Source of the DNA: Myxococcales bacterium
GTDB taxonomy: Bacteria > Myxococcota_A > UBA9042
Assembly (NCBI GenBank): GCA_037441385.1
Contig: JBBISH010000047.1
Span: 1 to 41,968 of the forward strand
Length of the DNA stretch: 41,968 nt
Direction of reading: 5' to 3'
Shown here piece after piece: positions 9,642-19,104 of this stretch. Position numbers and translations under genes: made by a program. The notes beneath the pieces were generated by a model. It did no database searches. It was not told the origin of the DNA and saw nothing but the letters and a program-made list of their open reading frames with translations. Each line of letters begins with the position of its first letter. The stretch's first letter is position 1.

Positions 9642-10457
9642 TTAATTGCAGGCCTTCGACTTCGACTCGGCCTCGTCGTCGGTCTTCCACTTGACGGTGT
9701 TGTCGCGGAAGCACGTGGCGCTCTGGAACTTGCCCGTCACGGTGTACTCGACGTGCAGGCCTTCGAGCCGGTTCGAGATGTAGCGCTCTTCGTACTTCTT
9801 TTTGCCGCTCTCCATCCACACGGTGTGCTGGCCTTCGCGCTTGCCGTCTTTGTGCTCGTATTCCTCTTTCTTCTTGCCGTCTGCGAAGTACCACGTGGTG
9901 GGTCCGTGGCGGCCGCCGTCTTTCCAGCCGCTCTCTTCGGTCTTCTTGCCGTCGCTGTCAAAGTACACCGCGTGGCCGTGCTTCTTGCCGTTCTTGTAGT
10001 CGACTTCGCTTTTCTTCTTGCCGTCTTTGTACCACTCGAGGCACTTGCCCTCTTCCTGATCGTCTTTGAACTGGCACTCTTCTTTCTTTTGCGCGTTTTC
10101 GTACCACGCCAGCCGCTTGCCGTCGCGCTTGCCGTTCTTGTACCAGGTCTCGGTCTTTTTCTGGCCGCTGTCGTACCAAAACACCCAGGCGCCCTCTTTG
10201 TTGTAGCTGGGGTGGTAGCAGTAGCGCTCGGTCTTGGTGCGGTGCAGCGACGTGCCGGCCGGGCAGGCGCCGTCGGCGTCTTCGGTCGGGGCCTGATCCT
10301 GCGGCGACGTGGGCGCCTTGGGGATCGCTTTGCCTGCCGCGTGGGCTGTGGGGGCAGCTAGGGTCGCGGCGCCCGCCAACAGGAGCGCGCTGAGCCAGCG
10401 GTGGTGGCGCGCGCGGCCAAACGTTGCCGAATCGAACCCAGCTTTGCCAAACATCAT
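9642..10457 (-). CDS. Exported MORN-variant repeat protein (YwqK-like)
   Basis: Signal-like segment followed by repeats of WYxxGxKKxExxYKxGKxxG. Confidence 0.85.
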   Translation of the reverse strand: MMFGKAGFDSATFGRARHHRWLSALLLAGAATLAAPTAHAAGKAIPKAPTSPQDQAPTEDADGACPAGTSLHRTKTERYCYHPSYNKEGAWVFWYDSGQKKTETWYKNGKRDGKRLAWYENAQKKEECQFKDDQEEGKCLEWYKDGKKKSEVDYKNGKKHGHAVYFDSDGKKTEESGWKDGGRHGPTTWYFADGKKKEEYEHKDGKREGQHTVWMESGKKKYEERYISNRLEGLHVEYTVTGKFQSATCFRDNTVKWKTDDEAESKSKACN

Positions 10458-10632
10458 TTGCTTTTCCGGATGCGGCGGTGCCGCGCTTGCAGTGGGCCAA
10501 TAGTGTGCCAGACTCCGGTCGCCAAGCATAGAACCCTGGCAGGCCCCGGCGGGCTCTACTATACTGCAGCGGTGGCGCCGCAGCGAACGCGCCCACCGAA
10601 TCAGCCGCAAACCAGGCGAGAGGGCAGATCCG

Positions 10633-11184
10633 ATGCAGCGGACCGAAGGCAAAGGTGGGCGATTTTCTTACGTTGTCGCCAGGTTGGCCGCAGTGCTGGG
10701 CCTGGTGGCGGGCGCGGTGGCCATCGTCGCGGCGGCGCCCGCGGAGGCCAAGGTCGAGTTCGGCGGCCCAATCCACTGGCAGACCTATGATCAGGGCCTG
10801 AAGGCCGCCGGTGGTCACAAGAAGAACGTGCTGCTGTTCTTGCACACCGACTCGTGCCCCAAGTGCACCCTGCAGGGCGAGGCGTTCAAAACCAATCGCG
10901 ATCTGCAGAAGTTGGCCAAGGACCTGGTGATGGTCGAGGTCAACGGCGGAACGGCGCCGATCGACTTGGTCAATCGCTTCGCCCGCTTTGGCAACTACTA
11001 TCCGCGAATCGTGTTCCTGCAAAGCGACGGCACGCCGATGGACAGCATCATCAGCGCCAATCCCAACTTCCCGTACTACTTCCAGCCCAGCCGTCCCGAG
11101 GTTCTGATCGAAGCGATGAAGAAGGCGATCGCCACGCACGCGGCCAGCGGCACCAAGGCGCCGGTTCGCCACGCCAAGGGCTAA
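10633..11184 (+). CDS. Exported thioredoxin-family protein
   Basis: Signal peptide, IHWQTYDQGLKAA..KNVLLFLHTDSCPKC (CxxC), and the cis-Pro motif YYPRIVFL. Confidence 0.85.
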   Translation: MQRTEGKGGRFSYVVARLAAVLGLVAGAVAIVAAAPAEAKVEFGGPIHWQTYDQGLKAAGGHKKNVLLFLHTDSCPKCTLQGEAFKTNRDLQKLAKDLVMVEVNGGTAPIDLVNRFARFGNYYPRIVFLQSDGTPMDSIISANPNFPYYFQPSRPEVLIEAMKKAIATHAASGTKAPVRHAKG

Positions 11185-11190
11185 GCACCC

Positions 11191-11208
11191 GTTACTATTG
11201 TTACTATT
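11191..11208. repeat. Tandem 9-bp direct repeat GTTACTATT x2
   Basis: Exact duplication in an AT-rich patch between convergent genes. Confidence 0.8.
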
Positions 11209-11274
11209 GTAGAATCATGCAGCGCCACGACCGACTTGGATGCCTGCGGCCGCGTTGGGCCGCTGCGTCCATGC

Positions 11275-13290
11275 CTACTCACTACATAGGGTCATGAGCT
11301 GCTTGGCCTGGCTGTCGGGCCCCGCCTGCAGCGCCACTTGGGCATGCTCGCGGCACTTGGCCTTGTCGCGCTCGCCGTACCAGTAGATGGCGGCCAGACC
11401 GCTGTGCGCCTTGGCGTAGCCGCGCGCGGCCGCAAGAAGGTACAGATCTTTTGCCATCTTGCGACGCTCGCTCGGCGAATGGCGCGCTCCGTAGATGATC
11501 GAATAGCCCTCGCGGTACAGGCGCTGAGTTAGGCCTTTGGGGTCGGGCGGATCGACCGGTTCGGCGGCCGCGTCGGCCACTTGTCCGTGGCACTGCGTCA
11601 CCAGCGCGCCTGCAGCGGCGTCGGCCGGGTGCGCCGCCAGGGCCAGGCGCGCATAGTGGCGGCACAAGGCCTGACTGCCCGCTTGGGCGTGAACGGCGGC
11701 CAGGGCCAGATCGGCGTGCGGGTGCCCTTGCTCTTTGGCGACCTGCAACTTGAGCACGGCATAGGCCGGCCGGAGGGCCGCATCGCGGCGTGCCTGCTCT
11801 AGAAATTCGCCAGCCGCGACGGGCTGGGGCAAAGCGGCAACCGGGGGTGGTGGCGGCGGTGCGACGGGCGGCGGCGGCGCAGGTGGTGGGGGCTCTGGCG
11901 GTGCGACCGGCGGTGGGGGCGCGGCGGCAGCAACTTCCGCTGGCGTGGGTGCGACTTGCCCATCTGGCGCCTCGATCTGAGCCAACTCTGCCGGCGGCGC
12001 CGCGGCGGCCACCTGCCCAACGGGCGCCGCAACGGGGCTCGCTTCCGCGGCCACCGCCACCGCTGGCGCCGCCGGTGCCGGCCCATCGGCTGGTGCGCTT
12101 GCGGCGACAGCACTGGGGGTTCCGGGCGGGGTCACGGCGGCTGCCTGGGCGATCGGCGTCGGCAGTGGCTCAGGCGCAGGGTGTGTGCGCGGCTTGGGCG
12201 CCAGGCCCACGGCTGCCGCCACGACAAGAGCAAGCAAGACCGCCGCTTGGAGTGCCAAACCGACACGCCGCGACCACCCAGAGCGCCTGGTCGCTTCCTC
12301 CGGCGCGGCAAAAGCGTGGTCGGACAAGTCGGCGATTGGTCGCGGTGGTGCGACTGTGGGTAACTGGTACGCCGGCGGCGGCGGCAGATGCGCGGCCAAC
12401 TGCGGGTCGTGATGCAAGAAAGGCTGCAGGACTGCGGCGAGCCAAGGCCGCTCGTCGCTTGGCTGCCCGTGAATCACCACGGCGCTTTGGCGCTCACTGG
12501 GGATCTCGGCCAAAAGCACCTGATCGGGTGCGCGCACGCCGCACCACAGCTGGCAGTGCGGGGCCTGGCGCCGGCTTTGGGGCTCCAGCGCGAGCAGCGG
12601 CGACACCTCGAGCAGGGCGTCGCCTTCGGGATTGGCCAGATACAGGGTGTTGGCCAACAGGTGCGCCGTCCAGGTGGCGGCATGGCGGTTGGGCTCGACT
12701 TGGGCGCCAGCGAGCAGGTGCAACTCCCCGCGAAAGCCCCCGCGACGCACGGTGGTCAGCGACGCCACCTGCAGTAGCCGCCACTGCGCCAGCCAGGCCA
12801 AAGATTCTAGAAGTCCGGCCACCAGGCCCACGCTGTGACCGATGCGGGTGGTGCGTGTGAAGTCGGCCGCGCTGGCCTCGATCGGGTGGCTGGTGGCAAA
12901 CAGGCACTGGCGCAGCTGTTCAAGCCCCGACGGCCGATTACCTTGCGGGGTCCGCAGCCAAAGGGCGAGCGGGGCAAGGATGTGCGCCGGTTCTGGCGGG
13001 GCCGATGCCGCCAGCGCCGCGAGCAAGGGCCACCACACCGAGCGGTCGGCTTCGTCCAGGTTCGCAAGCGCCTGATCGACCTCTGGGGCCGCCGGGCCGC
13101 GGAGGTAGTCCGCCACGGCCAGCGCTGCCAGAGTGCGCACCACCACGTCCACGGTCAGGATCAGGCGGTGTTCGGCCTGCCTCTGCCCAGACGCCAGCAG
13201 CAGGTGCTGCCACGCTGCGGCGATCGGCAGGGGCAGCGATCGTCCAAGTTGCTGCTGCTGCTGCGTCAGCCCCGCCAGCGGTGCCAGCAT
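11275..13290 (-). CDS. Single-pass membrane hypothetical protein with a Pro/Ala linker and Sel1/TPR-like C-terminus
   Basis: 671-aa ORF with TM VGLALQAAVLLALVVAAAVGL, a poly-Pro linker, and LYLLAAARGYAKAHSGLAAIYWYG (Sel1-like). Confidence 0.7.
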   Translation of the reverse strand: MLAPLAGLTQQQQQLGRSLPLPIAAAWQHLLLASGQRQAEHRLILTVDVVVRTLAALAVADYLRGPAAPEVDQALANLDEADRSVWWPLLAALAASAPPEPAHILAPLALWLRTPQGNRPSGLEQLRQCLFATSHPIEASAADFTRTTRIGHSVGLVAGLLESLAWLAQWRLLQVASLTTVRRGGFRGELHLLAGAQVEPNRHAATWTAHLLANTLYLANPEGDALLEVSPLLALEPQSRRQAPHCQLWCGVRAPDQVLLAEIPSERQSAVVIHGQPSDERPWLAAVLQPFLHHDPQLAAHLPPPPAYQLPTVAPPRPIADLSDHAFAAPEEATRRSGWSRRVGLALQAAVLLALVVAAAVGLAPKPRTHPAPEPLPTPIAQAAAVTPPGTPSAVAASAPADGPAPAAPAVAVAAEASPVAAPVGQVAAAAPPAELAQIEAPDGQVAPTPAEVAAAAPPPPVAPPEPPPPAPPPPVAPPPPPPVAALPQPVAAGEFLEQARRDAALRPAYAVLKLQVAKEQGHPHADLALAAVHAQAGSQALCRHYARLALAAHPADAAAGALVTQCHGQVADAAAEPVDPPDPKGLTQRLYREGYSIIYGARHSPSERRKMAKDLYLLAAARGYAKAHSGLAAIYWYGERDKAKCREHAQVALQAGPDSQAKQLMTLCSE

Positions 13291-13299
13291 GACGGTGGG

Positions 13300-14901
13300 C
13301 TACGAACCTTTCTTTCGGCTGAGCGACGCCATCAGCGCCTCGCCCAAGCTGCCCACGCCCGCGTGGGTCGCCACAGTGCTGGCTTGCTGCTTGAGCCAAT
13401 CACTGGCTTCGTTCTGCTCGCGCGCATGGACGGCGGCGGCCTTGGACAGGCGGACCTTGCCGTCCGGGCGGGCATCCAAGACCACCGCCTCGAACGTGGA
13501 GCCCACGGGCAGGTTGCGGCGCGTGTCGGCGCCGGTCGCCAGGCCCAGCTCACTCACCGGCACCAGGCCGCGACCCAGTTGCGGCGGCACGCCCCAAGTA
13601 ACGAATACGCCAAAGCTTTCGTGCTTGTCCACCGTGACCGTCAGCACCTCGCCCATGGCCGGGACGCGCGCCTTTTCGGCCCGCTGGTTGCTGGGGGCGT
13701 TTTGCAGCCCCTCGGCTGCGCCGCGATCTTCGAGCTGCAGCGCCACGCCCACGATGTGCAACCCGGCTACATCGCTGGGCTTCTTGGCCGAAGGATCGAG
13801 GATCTTGCTCAAGTTCTCGGGCGCCACGTAGGCCAGCGAGATGCGCCGCTGAGCCGCGTCGACCGCCAGAACGCGCACGGTCACGCGCTGTTCGGCCTGG
13901 ACCACGTCGCTGGGGCGGTTCACGCGGCGGCCAAAGGCGCTGACATGCACCAACCCTTCGACACCTGGCACCAATTCCACAAACGCACCGAACAACTCCA
14001 CGCGGCGGACCTTGCCTTCGAGCACGACGCCCGGCAGCAGGGCCGGTAGCGCGCCCTCGAAAGGATCCGCGGCAAGGGCCCGCATCGACAGGCTGATCCG
14101 CAGGCTGGGCCGGCCGCGGTTGTCGACCGACGGCTCGACGCGCATCACCTCGACCTCGACCTTCTCGCCGGGGTGCACCACCTCTTCGACCTTGACCCGG
14201 CCGTAGGCCAGTTCGCTTGCCGGGATCATGCCTTCGACGCCACCCAGGTCGACGAACGCGCCGAATTCACGGACGTTGGTCACGGTGCCCTTGAGGCGAG
14301 CGCCGACCACCACCGCGGCCCGGGCGTCTTCGGCTTTGCGCTCTTGCTCTTCTTGCAGCACGGCGCGGCGCGACAACAGCACGTCTTTTTGATCGCGAAT
14401 CTCGAGCACGCGGAAATCGAAGCGCTGCCCGACCAGGGTGTTGGGGTCCTCGACGCGGCGCAGATCGACCATGGCGTGCGGGCAGAAGCCTTGCGCGCCG
14501 TTGCCCAGATCCACCACGTAGCCACCCTTGTTGGTCGCGGTGATCACGCCGGCGATCGGCAGGCCCGAGCGCGCGGCTTCGTGCAGCACATCCATATTGA
14601 CGGTGCCGCGGCCGATATGCCGCGCAATCTCGATCACGCGGTCGCGGATGCGCACGACGTGACCCTCTACGGAATCGCCTGTGCCCACGGTCAGTTGCCC
14701 GTCCTTGCCCCGCATGCCGGACAGGTCGAGCAGGCCCTCTTGGCCGTCGGGGAGCAGCAGGGTCGCGGTCTTCTCGCCCAGAAATACCACCTGGCCGCGG
14801 ACTTTGTCGCCGGGCTTGTAGCGGTTGCGGGTAGGTGAGGCATTTTCGGCGAGCAGGGCGGCGAATTCGTCGGCGTCTTGCGGAGTGAACTTCATGACCA
14901 T
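13300..14901 (-). CDS. Multi-S1-domain RNA-binding protein (ribosomal protein S1-like)
   Basis: S1 repeats: GTVTNVREFGAFVDLGGVEGMIPASEL, GKVRRVELFGAFVELVPGVEGLVHVS, VDKHESFGVFV. Start is 14901 or 14895. Confidence 0.9.
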   Translation of the reverse strand: MVMKFTPQDADEFAALLAENASPTRNRYKPGDKVRGQVVFLGEKTATLLLPDGQEGLLDLSGMRGKDGQLTVGTGDSVEGHVVRIRDRVIEIARHIGRGTVNMDVLHEAARSGLPIAGVITATNKGGYVVDLGNGAQGFCPHAMVDLRRVEDPNTLVGQRFDFRVLEIRDQKDVLLSRRAVLQEEQERKAEDARAAVVVGARLKGTVTNVREFGAFVDLGGVEGMIPASELAYGRVKVEEVVHPGEKVEVEVMRVEPSVDNRGRPSLRISLSMRALAADPFEGALPALLPGVVLEGKVRRVELFGAFVELVPGVEGLVHVSAFGRRVNRPSDVVQAEQRVTVRVLAVDAAQRRISLAYVAPENLSKILDPSAKKPSDVAGLHIVGVALQLEDRGAAEGLQNAPSNQRAEKARVPAMGEVLTVTVDKHESFGVFVTWGVPPQLGRGLVPVSELGLATGADTRRNLPVGSTFEAVVLDARPDGKVRLSKAAAVHAREQNEASDWLKQQASTVATHAGVGSLGEALMASLSRKKGS

Positions 14902-15084
14902 GGCAAGGGAGTCCTGGGCGACCGTGCGCCGCGAGCGCTTGTAGCGCGGCAAGCCCCCTGGCTGCAAGTCCTTTGCCCGGTGATACGATCGCGGTTTGCC
15001 AGCAGCGCGCCGCCGGGCTAGCATGCGCCACCGCCGTAGACCGCCCAAGGTCCAGCAAACTTGCAGAATCACGGGAGAACGCTG

Positions 15085-17103
15085 ATGAACTACCGCCGCC
15101 TGCTCGCCCGCACCGCCGTTGTGTTGGCAGCCTTTGCCGCGCTCCTGATGGCCGGCTCGGCCTTTGCCGTCCCCAAGACGACTGTCGTTGGACTCGCCAC
15201 CAATCCGCCGGGGGCCGAGGCGACGCTCCTAGAGCCCGCGCCAGCGCAGCTGCTGGGCATCACGCCGCTGCCCAAGGCCAAACTGCCGCAAGGGCCGGTG
15301 AAGATTCAGTTTCGTCTCAACGGCTATCAAGACAAGGTCGAGACGTTCACGATTGGCCCCAAGCCGATGACGTTCACGGTCGAGCTGGTACGCAAGATCG
15401 CGCCGGCCACCCTGGATCTGGGCGGCGACGCCAGCGCCCAAGGCGCCGACATCACGGTGGACGGCGATGGCAAAGGCAAGCTGCCGCAAAAAGTCCAGGT
15501 GCCACCGGGTCGACATCAGATCGTGGTCAAGAAAGCCGGCTTCCAGCCTTGGGAAAAGTGGGCGGACGTGACCGAGAACCAAACCGCTACCTTTGATATT
15601 TCGCTCAAGCCGGTGGAAAAGGCCAAGGGCTCGGTGCTGGTTTCGTCGTCGCCCACCGGCGCGGACGTGGGGCTCAACGGCGCCCCCAAGGGCAAGGCGC
15701 CTCAGCTCATCGAGAACTTGGAGCCGGGCAGCTACGAGGTCGAGCTGACGCTGGACGGCTACAAGCCGGCCCACCAGACCGTGGCCGTGCGCGAAGGCGG
15801 CCGCGAGACGGTGTCGCTGACGCTGGACGCCACGGCGGCGCCCACCGGCGAACTGACCGTGCTGTGCGACGCTCCCAAGGCGATGATCGCCGTGGATGGC
15901 GAGGACAAGGGCGCGCCGCCGGTCAAGGTTGCGGGTCTCAAGGCCGGCGATCACATCGTGATGTGCTCGGCGCCCAACTACCCGGCGGCGTCGCAGTCGG
16001 TCACCGTGCGGGCCGGCGAGGTCAAGACGGTGCAGTTGAGCCCGCGCCAAGCGGTGGCGGCGAGCCGCGGCTCCCTGTCGGTGATTGCGAATGTGCCCAC
16101 GGGTAAGGCGAAAGTCGGCGAAGTGACCAAGAACCTGCCGGCCCAATTCGATGACTTGACCCCAGGCAAGTATCTGGTGACCGTCACAGCCGAGGGCTAC
16201 GCGCCGTGGAGCAGCACCGAAGCCGTGGAAGCCCAGAAGACCACCGAGGTCAAGGCCGAGCTGAAGGCGATGGGCAAGATCACGGTGACCGTGCCCGCGG
16301 GGCGCCGCGCCAACGTGTACATCAACGGCGAGATCAAGGGCGCCGCGCCGGTGACGGTGGATCTGCCGATCGGTGCGCACAAGGTCCGCATCGTAGAGGA
16401 TGGGCCGAACCCGGCGATCGAAGAACACGACGTGCCCGTGGCGGCCGGCAACACCGCGCGCGTGGACGCGAAACTGGTGCCGCCGCCGGAGCCGCGCATC
16501 GTCCGGCGCAGCAACCCAACCTCCGCGCACGTCAACGATGTGGGCAAGGGTACGGTGCAAGTGGGCGTGGGCATGCCGGTGCCGCTGAACTTTGCGGTGG
16601 CGGCGGGCGTGGCGCCGGATGTGTCGGCCGGCCTGGACATCGGCGTCTCGGGCGTGATCAATGAATTCGTCTTGACCGGCGCCTACAAGCTGGCCGGCAC
16701 CAACGCCTTCGCGGTGGGCGTGCAGGGTGGTCTGGGCGGCGGACTGGGGCCGAGTGACCGCAACTCGTTCACGGCCTACGTCAAGCCGGTGGCCTCGCTG
16801 CTGCTGGGCGATTCGTCGGCGTTCTCGCTGTACGCGCAGTTCCGCTTCTTCTCGGATACCAACAAGAACCCCAAGATCCTGGATACTGCGACCGCCAAGA
16901 TGGCCTCGCGCGTGACGGATTTTGTCATGCCGGTGGGCCTGCAGGGCGAGTTCAAAGTGAACAACTCGCTGAATGCCTACGTCCGCATCGAGATGGACTT
17001 TGTCCACCCGGCGGCGCGGCGCATCTACGACGAGAACGACTTCACCGGCGGCCTGAACCAGAAGTTCGCGGCAGGCGCCGGCTTGACGTGGTTGCTCAAC
17101 TAG
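15085..17103 (+). CDS. PEGA-domain exported protein
   Basis: GGGAG RBS, signal peptide, and repeated PEGA motifs (VSSSPTGADVGLNGAPKGKAP...LEPGSYEVELTLDGYKP). Beta-rich C-terminus. Confidence 0.88.
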   Translation: MNYRRLLARTAVVLAAFAALLMAGSAFAVPKTTVVGLATNPPGAEATLLEPAPAQLLGITPLPKAKLPQGPVKIQFRLNGYQDKVETFTIGPKPMTFTVELVRKIAPATLDLGGDASAQGADITVDGDGKGKLPQKVQVPPGRHQIVVKKAGFQPWEKWADVTENQTATFDISLKPVEKAKGSVLVSSSPTGADVGLNGAPKGKAPQLIENLEPGSYEVELTLDGYKPAHQTVAVREGGRETVSLTLDATAAPTGELTVLCDAPKAMIAVDGEDKGAPPVKVAGLKAGDHIVMCSAPNYPAASQSVTVRAGEVKTVQLSPRQAVAASRGSLSVIANVPTGKAKVGEVTKNLPAQFDDLTPGKYLVTVTAEGYAPWSSTEAVEAQKTTEVKAELKAMGKITVTVPAGRRANVYINGEIKGAAPVTVDLPIGAHKVRIVEDGPNPAIEEHDVPVAAGNTARVDAKLVPPPEPRIVRRSNPTSAHVNDVGKGTVQVGVGMPVPLNFAVAAGVAPDVSAGLDIGVSGVINEFVLTGAYKLAGTNAFAVGVQGGLGGGLGPSDRNSFTAYVKPVASLLLGDSSAFSLYAQFRFFSDTNKNPKILDTATAKMASRVTDFVMPVGLQGEFKVNNSLNAYVRIEMDFVHPAARRIYDENDFTGGLNQKFAAGAGLTWLLN

Positions 17104-17121
17104 TCAGTATTTCTAGATAAA

Positions 17122-18102
17122 CTAGACGTTCGGCGGGCGGCGCGGCGGCGGGTTGGGCGGCACGGCCTGGGTGCGGCCAAAATCGCCCTTGCCCATCATG
17201 TCGATGGCCATCATGCGCTTCATCTGTTGCTCCATGCCGTCGACCGAGCCGTCCAGGAAGATGACGTTGCCCTTGCCTTGCTCGGCAAAGTGCTTGACCG
17301 CCTCGGTCCACATGAAGAACAGCAAGAACGACGGGTCCAGGCCGGCCTGGGTCATCTCGGCGATCGACTGCCGCACACCCTTGGCCATCTCTTCGCGGAA
17401 TTGCGCCACGCCTTGACCCTGTAGGCGGCTGGCCTCGCGCTGGGCTTCGGCCGAGATCTGGATCGCGCGACCCTCGGCTTCGGCGGCCTTGGTCTTGGTG
17501 ATCAGCAGGGCCTGGCCTTCATTTTCGGCGGCGGAGCGCAGATTGGCCGAGGCCACCACGCGCGCCATCGAGTCCATGATCACCTGATCGAACACGATGT
17601 CGTTCATTTGCAGGTCGATCAGGTGATAGCCCCAGGTCTCTAGACTGGCGTCGAGTTGGTACTTGACCTCGTCGACCAACTCGCGGCGCAGGCTCAGGAT
17701 TTCGCTCTGGCGCTTGGTGGCCACGAACGAACGCACCGCGCCTTCGACGGTGCGGACCAGGGCGCGCATGAAATCGGCGTCGCTCTGGAACTTGAAGGCC
17801 ACGTTCTTGATGGTCTCTTCTTCTTGGTTCAGCACGGCGTACAGGAGCATGGCTTTGAAGCCTACGCTGGCCTGATCGGCGGTGATGGCCTGGAACTCGA
17901 GTTCAGCGGAGCGGTTTTGCACCGAGATGCGCTTTTCGATTTTTTCGAGGAGCGGCACCTTCAGGTTGAGGCCCGGGTACATCACCCGCTGGTACTTGCT
18001 GAACATGGTGACCACGCCGACGTGGCCTTGGTTGATGGTGACGAACGATCCCCACAGGACGACGAACCCGGCGAAGAGCAGAAAGCCGATGATTGGACCC
18101 AT
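17122..18102 (-). CDS. SPFH/band-7 domain membrane protein
   Basis: GGGAGG RBS, N-terminal TM, GVVTMFSKYQRVMYPGLNLKVP, and an AEAE-type coiled coil. Only the last 326 aa of the 1563-aa ORF-track entry are real. Confidence 0.92.
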   Translation of the reverse strand: MGPIIGFLLFAGFVVLWGSFVTINQGHVGVVTMFSKYQRVMYPGLNLKVPLLEKIEKRISVQNRSAELEFQAITADQASVGFKAMLLYAVLNQEEETIKNVAFKFQSDADFMRALVRTVEGAVRSFVATKRQSEILSLRRELVDEVKYQLDASLETWGYHLIDLQMNDIVFDQVIMDSMARVVASANLRSAAENEGQALLITKTKAAEAEGRAIQISAEAQREASRLQGQGVAQFREEMAKGVRQSIAEMTQAGLDPSFLLFFMWTEAVKHFAEQGKGNVIFLDGSVDGMEQQMKRMMAIDMMGKGDFGRTQAVPPNPPPRRPPNV

Positions 18103-18234
18103 GGTCCCTCCCATGTGCACGGAGCTGCGCAGCGCCACCGATGCTACACCCGGCGCGGTGCGGCGCAACCATGCCGGACAAGGCCCTGAGAGTACAGCGG
18201 GAATGGCTTGGCCTGCGCCGACCAGAGCCCGCAT

Positions 18235-18263
18235 TTGACAGGGGCGCCCAGCTTGTCTAGCGT
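18235..18263 (+). promoter_or_regulatory. sigma70-type promoter candidate
   Basis: TTGACA-17 nt-TAGCGT, about 50 nt upstream of ATG 18313. Confidence 0.6.
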
Positions 18264-18312
18264 CGCACGCGCGGCATGGCGGGCAGATTCGCCCAGCAAC
18301 CGCGGCAAGCCC

Positions 18313-19041
18313 ATGATTTTTGCCGAAACTCGCGAGGGGCGCCGCTTCGTCGGCGAAGTTCCGCCCGGCGTCCCGTTGATGGCGACCCTGCGCCAACTGG
18401 CCGACAGCTACCGGATCGACTCGGGCTGGATCGAGGCGACCGGCTTGGTCCGCGACGCGATCGTTTTGTGCGTGGGCGAGGATGGCCGCTACTCGGTGCC
18501 GCGGCAGCTGGCGGGCTTTGCGGCGCTGGGGTCCTGCAAGGTGGTGGTGTCGCACAAGAATGGCGCCCGCGATCTGGTGGCGACCGCGTTGCTGCAGGGC
18601 CAGGACGGCGCGGTGCTGGCCGGGCAGATCCAAGAAGCGGTCTCGGCCTCGGTCGAGTTGACGGCGCAGACCTTTGACGACATCACGTTGCGGCGCTTTG
18701 AAGACTTGGACACGGGCCACTGGCGCTGGATGGATGTGGCGGTCAACGTGGTGGCGGGCGATGCCAAGGCGGCGCGCTCGGGGCGGTTGGCGATGGAGGC
18801 ACTGCCGTCGCGGCTGCTGGAGCCCGAAGAGATGCCGCAGCTCAAGGTGGGCGATGCGTTGCAGCACCCGGCGTTGGGGCTGTGCGTGGTCACCCAGGTG
18901 CACGATCAGGACCGGGTCGCCATCCAGATGGAATCGGGCAAGATCGCGCAGTTGCATCTGGGCGTGTTGACCCTGAGCCGCGCCGGCCAGAAGCAGGGCC
19001 GTACCGTGTACGAGGTGCAGGTGCGGCGGCGCACGACGTAG
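18313..19041 (+). CDS. PPC/DUF296-like domain protein with a small C-terminal beta domain
   Basis: GRRFVGEVPPGVPLMATLRQLADSYRIDSGWIEATGLV...GAVLAGQIQEA resembles DUF296. Confidence 0.7.
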   Translation: MIFAETREGRRFVGEVPPGVPLMATLRQLADSYRIDSGWIEATGLVRDAIVLCVGEDGRYSVPRQLAGFAALGSCKVVVSHKNGARDLVATALLQGQDGAVLAGQIQEAVSASVELTAQTFDDITLRRFEDLDTGHWRWMDVAVNVVAGDAKAARSGRLAMEALPSRLLEPEEMPQLKVGDALQHPALGLCVVTQVHDQDRVAIQMESGKIAQLHLGVLTLSRAGQKQGRTVYEVQVRRRTT

Positions 19042-19104
19042 GGTAACCCGACGACGTTGCTGCCTAAATCGAGCAAGTTCCCCTCCATCCCGAATAGGCG
19101 CGCC

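Noticed and set aside
9642..10457. Toxin-antitoxin system implied by the YwqK-like label
   Set aside because: No neighbouring toxin gene is present, and MORN-variant repeats are generic.
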